DNA from: Vicinamibacteria bacterium
GTDB taxonomy: Bacteria > Acidobacteriota > Vicinamibacteria > Marinacidobacterales > Marinacidobacteraceae
Direction: 5' to 3'
Assembly: GCA_964291235.2 (NCBI GenBank)
Contig: OZ219816.1
Location: forward strand, 544,001-608,000
DNA: 64,000 nt
Shown here: positions 29,084 through 38,006 of the stretch, piece after piece
Layout: every line of letters begins with the position of its first letter
Position numbering within the stretch: position 1 is the stretch's first letter
Notes under the pieces: generated by a model
What the model was told of the DNA's origin: nothing
The model's database searches: none
Seen by the model: the letters and a program-made list of their open reading frames with translations, nothing else
Position numbers and translations under genes: made by a program

Positions 29084-29332
29084 GGGCAAGACCCTCCTTG
29101 ACGAGAGGCGATTTGGTTCGGGACTCTATGGGAGAACCCGAACCTAGGTTGAACCGCAAGTCCCGCACCAGCTTGCCTTGGCTGGAGTGATGGTCCAACT
29201 CATTGAAAAAACAGACTTTTCCTGTCAGCTTGACGATGTAAGGCTTCTTTTCTCCAAGAAGCCGAATTTCAATTCGGGTTCCCGTACCCGGATTGGCGGC
29301 GCCCGAGCGCGCGAACCCACATAATTCCCGCC

Positions 29333-30172
29333 ATGAGAGAGCGCAGCGCGTCCCTCGAACTTCGAAGCCGTCTCGCTGTCGCTCGACGCATCGATCCGGA
29401 CGGTGAGATACGGGCGCGGGTCGGATTCTTGAGGGCCTATCTGGTCGCCAGCGGGCAACGGGCGTTGTGGCTCGCCGTCTCCGGTGGGGTGGACTCGGCG
29501 CTCACCGGGAAGCTGTGCTCGCTCGCGGTCGCCGCCGCCAACCGCGACGGTGGGGCCTATCGTTTCCTGGCGGTGCGGCTCCCCTTCGGAAGGCAGCGCG
29601 ACGCCGCCGACGCAAACCGGGTCCTGCATTGGATCGAACCCTCGGAAGCGGTGAGGGTGAACGTCGAAAAAGCCGTGCGGGCCCTTGAGTCATCGCTCCC
29701 CAGAGCCTCGCTGGCAGCGGCCTCGGAAGCCTCCCGGGACTACGCACGGGGGAACACCAAGGCCCGGATGCGGATGGCGGTGCAGTACCACCTCGCGAAT
29801 CTGGCCGGCGGATTGGTCGTGGGCACGGATCACTCGGCCGAGGCGCTGGTCGGATTCTTCACCAAGTACGGAGACGGGGGGGTGGATGTCTGCCCCCTGT
29901 TCGGCCTCAGCAAACGCCAGGTGCGCGAGCTGGCAAGCCATCTCGGAGCGCCGGAGAAGATCGTCAACAAGGTGCCGACCGCCGATCTCGAGGATTTGCG
30001 GCCGGGGCTCCCCGACGAAGACGCGCTGGGGATCTCCTACCAGCAGATCGACGACTATCTGGAGGGGCTTCCGATCCCCGTCGAAGTCGCGGATCGGATC
30101 GACGCGCTCTACCGCGCCACCGAGCACAAGCGGCGCTCTCCGGTGGTCCCGCTCGACACCTGGTGGAAATAA
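29333..30172 (+). CDS. nadE: NH3-dependent NAD+ synthetase
   Basis: SGGVDS, GNTKARMRM, GFFTKYGDGG, PTADLED, EHKR. Confidence 0.95.
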   Translation: MRERSASLELRSRLAVARRIDPDGEIRARVGFLRAYLVASGQRALWLAVSGGVDSALTGKLCSLAVAAANRDGGAYRFLAVRLPFGRQRDAADANRVLHWIEPSEAVRVNVEKAVRALESSLPRASLAAASEASRDYARGNTKARMRMAVQYHLANLAGGLVVGTDHSAEALVGFFTKYGDGGVDVCPLFGLSKRQVRELASHLGAPEKIVNKVPTADLEDLRPGLPDEDALGISYQQIDDYLEGLPIPVEVADRIDALYRATEHKRRSPVVPLDTWWK

Positions 30173-30208
30173 GCGACGGAGGCCCTTCCCCAGTTCACCG
30201 CACCAATA

Positions 30209-30688
30209 GGAGCGCCGGCCTCGCACTGAGCGGCCCCGGGGGGGGGCCGCCGTGTGGATGTTGAGAGGGAGAGTCGTGGAGGCATCGGGGAAGGCCCCCT
30301 CCCGGGACCGCCCGGCGCTTCGCGCCGGGATCGCAACTCCCTTGCGCGCCGGGGGCGCGCGGCGGCGAGTTCCGATCCATCAGCGCCTTCTTCTTGTGAA
30401 AGGGGGGGCTGCCCCCCCTTTCACACTTTCCCCCCCGGACCGAGGAGTAGGAGCGCCGGCCAGGAGCGCCGGCCTCGCACTGAGCGGCCCCGGGGGGGGC
30501 CGCCGTGTGGATGTTGAGAGGGAGAGTCGTGGAGGCATCGGGGAAGGCCCCCTCCCGGGACCGCCCGGCGCTTCGCGCCGGGATCGCAACTCCCTTGCGC
30601 GCCGGAGGCGCGCTGCGGCGAGTTCCGATCCATCAGCGCCTTTTTCTTGTGAAAGGGGGGGCAGCCCCCCTTTCACACTTTCCCCCCG
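30209..30688 (+). repeat. Two tandem family A repeats (period ~254 bp), each led by a REP half-site GGAGCGCCGGCC
   Basis: 30209-30439 and 30462-30688 are nearly identical. Confidence 0.92.
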
Positions 30689-30831
30689 CGTGGGGTGGCG
30701 CACAGGCAAGGGAACGCCGATCTCCAGATCGGCACCCGCCCGCGCAGCGGGCGGAACCGCGCCTCGCTCCCCAGCCCCACAGCCCGCCGGCAAGGGAGCG
30801 CCGGCCGGCATCGCGGCCGCGGGCTCAGCTC

Positions 30832-31437
30832 TTACGCCTGCTGGAGCAGGTAGGTCCCCAAGCCCGCCGCGACCACGCGGTCGTTGTCCTCGACCACCTC
30901 GATGCGGCAGGAAACCAGGGTGCGCCCCTTGCGCACGACCTCGCCGATCGCCAGGAGATCGCCCTGGACGACGCCCAGGATGTTCACCTTGTATTCCACC
31001 AGGCGAATCCCCACGCCCGGGGCAACGGATGCCGCCGCCAGATGCCCGGCCGCGACGCAGAGCGTGCCGATCACGCCCCCCTCGAGCGGCCCGGGCTCGG
31101 TGTTTCGGGTTTCGCCCGGAAGATGGACCCGCGAGACGCCGTTGTCGGCGTAGTCCACCCGCAGCCCGGTCTGGCCGGCCAGGGGGGCACTGTCCAGTTC
31201 CTTCTGCAGGCGCCGGCGCAGCGTCATGCGTTCTCGTCCGTAACCACTGTCAGCCGGTTCGGCTTCGTTCAGGGCGACCGGCTCGAACTCCCGGACCGGA
31301 TCGGGTCCGCTGGTTGGAGCCGCTGCCTCGACTGCGCCGCGCCGGCGGGCATGAAAGGACTCGGAGGGCGTCCGCGTCGCCCGACGGGGAGAACTTTCCG
31401 CTGGCGGGGCGGGTGACGCGGTGCCGGAATCGCTCAC
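30832..31437 (-). CDS. PaaI-family hotdog thioesterase (start may be 31227)
   Basis: EGGVIGTL, VEYKVNIL, GEVVRKGRTL. Confidence 0.8.
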   Translation of the reverse strand: MSDSGTASPAPPAESSPRRATRTPSESFHARRRGAVEAAAPTSGPDPVREFEPVALNEAEPADSGYGRERMTLRRRLQKELDSAPLAGQTGLRVDYADNGVSRVHLPGETRNTEPGPLEGGVIGTLCVAAGHLAAASVAPGVGIRLVEYKVNILGVVQGDLLAIGEVVRKGRTLVSCRIEVVEDNDRVVAAGLGTYLLQQA

Positions 31438-31637
31438 CGGATGCGTTCCTCTCGATGTGAGGTCCGAATCCTCGCGGTCTCCGAATCGGCAATGGCAACG
31501 CCGAGCGAGTCACGGGAACGGAATACAACCGGAAGCCGAAGCCGCCGACCGGCGACGAGTATCACCTAACCGGCCATGTTACCACCGGGATACCGTTCCG
31601 ACGCGTAACATTCCGGTTTCTCGACCGGGAAGAGTCC

Positions 31638-33053
31638 ATGAAGCAGAACACCAGCGCCGCGTTCGATGTCGTGGTCATCGGGAGTGGCCCGGGGGGCTAC
31701 GTAGCCGCCCTCAAGGCCCGGAGTGCGGGATTGCGGACGGCGATCGTGGAGAAGGACGCGCGTTTCGGCGGCACCTGCCTTCACGTCGGCTGCATTCCGA
31801 GCAAGGTGTTCCTGCACACCGCCGAACTCCTCGACGAAATCCGCTCAGCCGGCAAATTCGGAGTGAACGTCGCGGAACCGGCACTGGACTGGAAGGGACT
31901 CACCCGGCGCAGCCGCCGGGTGATCGCCAAACTGGCGGGCGGGGTGTCCCTCCTGCTGAAGCGTGCCGGGGTCGAGACCGTTCGGGGGTTCGGCAGGCTC
32001 GCCGGTCCCGGCCGGGTGGAGGTCGTGTCTCCGGGGGAGTCCGAGGTCAGCCGGCTCGAGGCGCGGAACGTCATCGTCGCCACCGGGTCCGAAGCCCGCA
32101 CCCTTCCCTTCCTGCCGGTGGACGGGGACCGGATCCTCACCAACCGGGAGATGTTTTCCCTCGAGGAACCGCCCGCGCGGCTCGGCATCATCGGCGCCGG
32201 GGCAGTGGGCGCCGAGTTTGCGTCGATGTTCCGTAGCTACGGCTCCCGCGTGGAACTCTTCGAAGTGCTGCCGCGGGTGTTGCCGCTCGAGGACGCCGAA
32301 GTGTCCGAAGTGGTGGGCAAGGCGTTCCGGAAACGCAAGATTCAGGTGCGGACCGAGGCCCGGGTGGAGGCCGCCGACGTTGTGGAAACGGGAGTGCAGG
32401 TGCGTTACCAGGTCGGGGATGAGACGGAAACGGCCGAGTACGACCGGCTGCTGGTGGCGGTGGGCCGGGCGCCGCGGACGGCGAACATCGGGCTCGACAC
32501 CGTCGGGATCGAGGTCGAGAGGGGCGGTTTCATCCCCGTGGATGGGGTGTGCCGGACCCGGGCAGCTGGTGTCTATGCGATCGGCGATGTCGTCCGAAGC
32601 GCCCAGCTCGCGCACGTGGCGTCCGCCGAGGCGGACGTGGCGGTGGCGACCATTGCCGGACAGAAGGCGCAACCGCTTCGCCGGGAGCGGATGCCGGCGG
32701 CTACCTACTGCGTGCCCGAGGTGGGTTCGGTGGGGCTGACCGAGGAGGCGGCCGCGGCGGCCGGCCACGAAGTCCAGATCGGCCGTTTTCCGTTTGCCGC
32801 AAACAGCAAGGCGAACATCCTCGGCGACCCGACCGGCTTCGTGAAGGTCGTCGCGGATGCCCGCTACGGCGAGGTGCTCGGGGTGCACATCGTGGGACCG
32901 CACGCCACCGACCTGATCGCCGAAGCGGTGGTTGCGCTGGAACACGAAGCGACCCTGGAATCACTCGCGCGCAGCGTGCACCCACATCCCACGCTCTCCG
33001 AGGCGGTGGCGGAAGCGGCGCTCGCCGCTTCCGGCGCCCCGCTTCACGCGTGA
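31638..33053 (+). CDS. lpdA: Dihydrolipoamide dehydrogenase
   Basis: GSGPGGY, GGTCLHVGCIPSK, HPHPTLSE. Confidence 0.96.
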   Translation: MKQNTSAAFDVVVIGSGPGGYVAALKARSAGLRTAIVEKDARFGGTCLHVGCIPSKVFLHTAELLDEIRSAGKFGVNVAEPALDWKGLTRRSRRVIAKLAGGVSLLLKRAGVETVRGFGRLAGPGRVEVVSPGESEVSRLEARNVIVATGSEARTLPFLPVDGDRILTNREMFSLEEPPARLGIIGAGAVGAEFASMFRSYGSRVELFEVLPRVLPLEDAEVSEVVGKAFRKRKIQVRTEARVEAADVVETGVQVRYQVGDETETAEYDRLLVAVGRAPRTANIGLDTVGIEVERGGFIPVDGVCRTRAAGVYAIGDVVRSAQLAHVASAEADVAVATIAGQKAQPLRRERMPAATYCVPEVGSVGLTEEAAAAAGHEVQIGRFPFAANSKANILGDPTGFVKVVADARYGEVLGVHIVGPHATDLIAEAVVALEHEATLESLARSVHPHPTLSEAVAEAALAASGAPLHA

Positions 33054-33793
33054 GCCGCCTCGTGCACGGGGCTTCGGCGGCGACCGCGTCCGCGCCGCCG
33101 CTCTGGCGGCTCGACCTGAGGCCGCTGAGCTACCGGCACGCCTGGGACCTGCAGCGCGATCTCGTGGAGCGCCGCCAACGCGACGAGATTCCGGACGTCC
33201 TCTTGCTCACGGAGCACCCGCCCGTCTTCACCCTCGGCAAGAGCGCCCACCGCGAGCACCTGCTGGAGCCGCCCGCGCAGCTCGCCGGACGCGGCGCCGA
33301 GGTGATTGAGACGGATCGTGGCGGAGACGTGACGTTCCACGGTCCCGGCCAACTGGTGGCCTATCCGATCGTGCACCTCGGGGGCTGGAAGAAGGACGTC
33401 CATGCCTACCTCCGGGCGCTCGAGGGAGCGGCTATCGAAACCGCCGCGTGGTTCGGGACGACGGCTTCCCGCCGCACCGGGTTGACCGGCGTCTGGTGCG
33501 GTGGCGGCGGAGCGCCCCGCAAGCTGGCCTCCATCGGGGTCCGGGTTTCCCGCTGGGTGGCTTCGCACGGCCTGGCGTTCAACGTGACTACCGATCTCGG
33601 CTGGTTCTCCCACATCGTGCCGTGCGGCATCCGCGACTCGGGGACCACCTCGCTCGAGATCGAGACCGGCCGCTCCCCGTCTCTCGACGCGGTCGCCGAC
33701 CGGCTGGCGTCGTCCTTCGCGGACATCTTCGGGCGGCAGATCATTCCGGCTCCGGATTCCCTGACCGCCGGGCTCCGGCTGCGAACCCCGTAG
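33050..33793 (+). CDS. lipB: Lipoyl(octanoyl) transferase
   Basis: EHPPVFTLG, DRGGDVTFHGPGQLVAYP, KLASIG, IVPCG. Confidence 0.95.
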   Translation: MSRLVHGASAATASAPPLWRLDLRPLSYRHAWDLQRDLVERRQRDEIPDVLLLTEHPPVFTLGKSAHREHLLEPPAQLAGRGAEVIETDRGGDVTFHGPGQLVAYPIVHLGGWKKDVHAYLRALEGAAIETAAWFGTTASRRTGLTGVWCGGGGAPRKLASIGVRVSRWVASHGLAFNVTTDLGWFSHIVPCGIRDSGTTSLEIETGRSPSLDAVADRLASSFADIFGRQIIPAPDSLTAGLRLRTP

Positions 33794-33811
33794 GAGGGCT
33801 GCGCCGACGCC

Positions 33812-34792
33812 GTGCCGGTCACCTACTTCGAGGCCATTCGGCGGGCGCTCCGCTCGGAGATGGAGCGCGACCCCCGGGTGATCCTGCTCGGGGAGGACAT
33901 CGGGCTGTACGGCGGGGCCTTCCGGCTGACGGACGGATTTCTGGATGACTTCGGTCCCGATCGGGTGCTCGACACCCCAATCAGCGAAGAGGGATTTACC
34001 GGAATGGCGGTTGGCGCGGCGCTCGCCGGTTTCCGTCCCGTGGTGGAGTTCCAGTTCATGGACTTCATCGCGAGCGCGTTCAACATGGTGACGAACTTCG
34101 CCGCCAAGAGCCACTACCGGGCCGGCGCCGCGGTTCCCATCGTGCTCCGGGGCCCCTCCGGCGCCGGCGTCCGCGCGGGACCGTTTCATTCCCAGAATCC
34201 GGAAGCCCACTTCGCGCACACTCCGGGAATCAAGGTCGCGGCGCCCGCCACGGCGCCGGACGCCGCCGGTCTCCTGCGGGCCGCGATCCGCGACGACGAT
34301 CCGGTGCTCTTCCTCGAGCACAAGCGCCTCTACCGGAGCCTGCGGGTCCCGGACGACGAGTTCGAGCGCGCGCCCGAGGTTGTTCCGCTGGGGAAGGCGG
34401 CGATCCGGCGGGCAGGCGACGCACTCACGATTGCCACCTACGGTGCGGCGGTGTGGGTGGCGCTCGAGGCCGCCGAAGAACTGGCCGCCGACGGGATCGA
34501 AGCGGAGGTTCTGGACCTCCGGTGTCTGGTTCCGCTCGACCGGGAGGCGCTGTTCGATTCCGTCCGCCGCACGAGCCGGTTGCTGGTGCTCCACGAGGAC
34601 AACCTGACCGGCGGTTTCGGCGGCGAGATCGCGGCGCTCGCCGCCGAGCACGTCTTCAGCGATCTGGACGCCCCGGTGATCCGGATCGCGGCCGCCGACA
34701 CCCCGGTCCCCTACGCGGCCGAACTCGAGGACGCAGTGCTGCCGAACGCCGCCCGGGTGGTGGCGGCGGCGCGCCGCCTGCTGCGCTACTGA
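33812..34792 (+). CDS. 2-oxoacid dehydrogenase E1 beta subunit
   Basis: GEDIG..GGAF, DTPISE, EFQFMDF, GPFHSQ, FLEHK. Confidence 0.93.
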   Translation: MPVTYFEAIRRALRSEMERDPRVILLGEDIGLYGGAFRLTDGFLDDFGPDRVLDTPISEEGFTGMAVGAALAGFRPVVEFQFMDFIASAFNMVTNFAAKSHYRAGAAVPIVLRGPSGAGVRAGPFHSQNPEAHFAHTPGIKVAAPATAPDAAGLLRAAIRDDDPVLFLEHKRLYRSLRVPDDEFERAPEVVPLGKAAIRRAGDALTIATYGAAVWVALEAAEELAADGIEAEVLDLRCLVPLDREALFDSVRRTSRLLVLHEDNLTGGFGGEIAALAAEHVFSDLDAPVIRIAAADTPVPYAAELEDAVLPNAARVVAAARRLLRY

Positions 34793-34795
34793 GCG

Positions 34796-35620
34796 TAGGA
34801 GCGCCGGCCTCTGGCCGGCATCGCTTCGCATAGGGGAGCGAGTTCGCGCGTCGCCTTCTAGCCGGACGGTGCAACCTGCACGCGGGCGATTGCGCCGTCT
34901 CCACGCTTCCTCTCTGGTGGCCCACCCCTGCTCGGCCATACGTCGCGCCGGCACGGGAACGCCGGCCTCCAGGCCGGCACAGCGGCCCGCAGGGCCGCGT
35001 CGGCACAAACGCCACCCGTCGGCATGGCTCCCGTCTCGACCCCTACCCCACTGAGGCCGACGGGGAAGGAGGGACATCGGTGAACGCTCTGGCCGCCCTC
35101 CGGGCTCCCGCCGCTCTCCCCAACGTCCCTCATTCCCTGCCGAAACAGGCTCCCCAGGGTGACAAAGTTCGTGTCGTTTGACAGGTCCCCGCCGAGAGGG
35201 GAACCGTTCGGACGCTGGGGAGCCGTCCCGCCGCCCCGCTTTGCGGGGCTGTGCCGGCCTGGAGCACGGCGTTCCCGTGCCGGTGCGTTGTGGGGCTGGA
35301 GGGCGATGTGCTGTCCGCGGGCCTGCGGCCCGCTGTGCCGGCCTGGAGGCCGGCGTTCCCGTGCCGGCGTCACGGGTGGCTGGGGAGGAGTACGCGCTGG
35401 CGGGTGCCGGCCCCACCGAGCGCGAAAAAAATGGCAGCGAACCTTGTTCGCTGCCGGCGTGACCGGGGGGAAAGTGTGAAAGGGGGGCACCCCCCCTTTC
35501 ACAAGAAGGTAACGACGAACCGGAACTCGCCGAAGCGCGCGTCAGCGCGCGAGGGAGTTGCGGTTCGCGGCGCGCAGCGCCGGGGGACCGGAAGGGGGGC
35601 GTGACTCTGAACGGGATCGC
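34796..35620. repeat. BIME-like cluster of REP palindromes plus a partial family A repeat
   Basis: GG(A/G)ACGCCGGCCTCCAGGCCGGCA-type copies in both orientations; 35190-35620 is homologous to the reverse of 52975-53550. Confidence 0.85.
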
Positions 35621-35665
35621 GTTTCTCCGCCGGCCGGCCCAGCGCCCCCCTTCCGGTCCCCCGGC

Positions 35666-36586
35666 CTAAGGAATCTGGTTGGCCGCGTGGTACGAGCTGC
35701 GGACGAGCGGCCCCGCTTCGACGTGGCGAAGCCCGATGGACTTGCCCCGCTCGGCGAGCGCCCGGAATTCCTCCGGCGGCACGAACCGTTCGACCGCCAG
35801 GTGAGCCGGGGTGGGCTGGAGGTACTGGCCGGCGGTCAGGATGTCCACGGAGTTCCGGACGAGGTCTTCCATGAGGCCGTCCAGTTCCTCGCCGGTCTCT
35901 CCGAGGCCGAGCATCACTCCGGTCTTGGTCAGAGCATTCGGCCGCAGTTCCTTGGCGCGGCGAAGCAGATCCAGCGAACGCTGGTAGCGCGCGCCAGGCC
36001 GCACGGCCTTGTAGAGGCGCGGCACCGTTTCCACATTGTGGTTGAGGATCTCCGGGTCTTCCTCCATCACGGTCGCGAGCGCCGCCCAGTCGCCCTGGAA
36101 ATCCGGGATCAACACCTCGACCGTGGTGTCCGGGCACCGGCGGCGGACGGCGCGGATGGTCTCCCGGAAAATGCCCGCCCCCCCGTCGGCGAGATCGTCG
36201 CGGTTGACCGAAGTGATCACCGCGTGCCGCAGTTCCATCACTTCGACGGCGTCGGCGACCCGTTCGGGCTCTTCGAGATCGAGACCCACCGGGCGTCCGG
36301 TGGTCACCGCGCAGAACCGGCAGGCCCGCGTGCAGATGTCACCCAGGATCATGAACGTCGCGGTTCCCTGACCCCAGCATTCGGCGACGTTGGGGCAGCG
36401 CGCCTCTTCGCACACGGTGTGGAGGTTCTTCTCGCGAAGCAGTTTCCGCAGGTGCGCCCAGGTGGGGCCGGAGGGAACCCGTACCTTCAGCCACTCCGGC
36501 CGGCGTTGTCGCGCGGGCCGCGGCCCGGGAGGGACGGCGGGGGCCGGCCCCGAGGCGATGACGGGGAGGGGAACGGCGCCGGTCAA
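35666..36586 (-). CDS. lipA: Lipoyl synthase
   Basis: CEEARCPNVAEC, CTRACRFC, VRSSYHA. Confidence 0.96.
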   Translation of the reverse strand: MTGAVPLPVIASGPAPAVPPGPRPARQRRPEWLKVRVPSGPTWAHLRKLLREKNLHTVCEEARCPNVAECWGQGTATFMILGDICTRACRFCAVTTGRPVGLDLEEPERVADAVEVMELRHAVITSVNRDDLADGGAGIFRETIRAVRRRCPDTTVEVLIPDFQGDWAALATVMEEDPEILNHNVETVPRLYKAVRPGARYQRSLDLLRRAKELRPNALTKTGVMLGLGETGEELDGLMEDLVRNSVDILTAGQYLQPTPAHLAVERFVPPEEFRALAERGKSIGLRHVEAGPLVRSSYHAANQIP

Positions 36587-37956
36587 GGACGGAGGTCGCC
36601 CTCGGGCCAGTCCTCGAGGCGCGACTTCACCGAGGCCATGAACTGGTCCGCAACCGCTCCGTCGATCAGGCGGTGGTCGAAGGACAGGGCCAGGAACACC
36701 ATCGAACGGACCGCAATGGCGTCCCCGTCCACCACCACCGGCCGCTTGTGGACACCCCCGACGCCCAGGATGGCGACTTGCGGCTGGGCAATGATGGGAG
36801 TGCCGAAGAGGGCGCCGTAGGGACCGGGGTTCGTGATCGTGAAGGTGCCGCCCTGCACCTCGTCCGGGGTCAGGGCGCCGCCGCGGGCGCGTTGGGCAAG
36901 GTCCGCGATCCCCCGGGCCAGCCCCATGAAGTTCCGCTCGTCGGCCCGCTCCAGCACCGGAACGATGAGCCCGTCCGGGAGGGCAACGGCGATTCCCAGG
37001 TTGACGCTCCGGTGGTACACGACGTGATCCTCGCCGAGCGACGCGTTCAGGACCGGGAATTCACCGAGCGCGTCGATCGCCGCCTGGGCGAAGAAGGGCA
37101 TCAGGGTGAGGCGGACCCCGACCCGGTTTTCGAAGGCGGGTCCGTTGGCGGCCCGCACCGCGACCACCCGCGAGACATCGACTTCGAACACCGTCGTGAC
37201 GTGCGCCGACGTCTGCCGGGAACGCACCATGTGCTCGGCGATGGAGCGCCGCATGTGGGACAGCGGTTCGGCCCGGCCCCCACCTGCCACTTCGGGAACC
37301 GCGGGAGCTGGTTCGGAGGGAACGGCGGCGCCGGCGGGAAGTTCGGCTTGCGGCTCCGGGGGCGCGGGCAGCGGCTCGGCCGCTGCGGGTTCGGGAGCGG
37401 CGGCCGGGACCGGCGTTTCGACCTCGGCCGATTCCCGGCTGTCGAGGAAGGCCACCATGTCGCGCTTCGTGACCCGGCCGCCTTCGCCGGTTCCCGGGAC
37501 GTCGGCCAGGTCCACGTCGTTTTCCCGCGCCATCCGTCGCACGAGCGGGGAACTGCGGGGCTGGCGGCGGGTGCCCGCCTGACGGCCGTCCTCCGGATCG
37601 GTGGCAGGCGCTCCTGCCTGTGGTTCCGCCGGGACGGGTCCGCTGTCCGGCTCCGGGACGTCGGAAAGCGCCGCCTCGCCGTCCGCCGCTGCCGGCTCCC
37701 CGGGAGACCAGACCTCGCCTTCGGCCGCTATCCGGCCGACGATGGTGTTCACCGTGACGGTTTCGCCCTCCGGGACCAGGATCTCGACGAGCCGGCCGGT
37801 GAGGGCCGCGGGTACCTCGGTGTCAACCTTGTCGGTGGCGATATCGAAGAGCGGATCGTCCCGCTCGATGGTGTCACCGACGGCGACCCGCCACTTGGTG
37901 ATCGTTCCCTCGGTGATGCTCTCGCCCATCTGGGGCATGATGATGTCGCTGGGCAC
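36583..37956 (-). CDS. Dihydrolipoamide acyltransferase E2
   Basis: Lipoyl domain TDKVDTEVP, E3-binding GTGEGGRVTK, FDHRLIDG. Confidence 0.95.
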   Translation of the reverse strand: MPSDIIMPQMGESITEGTITKWRVAVGDTIERDDPLFDIATDKVDTEVPAALTGRLVEILVPEGETVTVNTIVGRIAAEGEVWSPGEPAAADGEAALSDVPEPDSGPVPAEPQAGAPATDPEDGRQAGTRRQPRSSPLVRRMARENDVDLADVPGTGEGGRVTKRDMVAFLDSRESAEVETPVPAAAPEPAAAEPLPAPPEPQAELPAGAAVPSEPAPAVPEVAGGGRAEPLSHMRRSIAEHMVRSRQTSAHVTTVFEVDVSRVVAVRAANGPAFENRVGVRLTLMPFFAQAAIDALGEFPVLNASLGEDHVVYHRSVNLGIAVALPDGLIVPVLERADERNFMGLARGIADLAQRARGGALTPDEVQGGTFTITNPGPYGALFGTPIIAQPQVAILGVGGVHKRPVVVDGDAIAVRSMVFLALSFDHRLIDGAVADQFMASVKSRLEDWPEGDLRP

Positions 37957-38006
37957 GGGCCGGGAATTCTAGTGTGGAGAGGTCGGGACGCCGTATCCAC
38001 AGGCCG

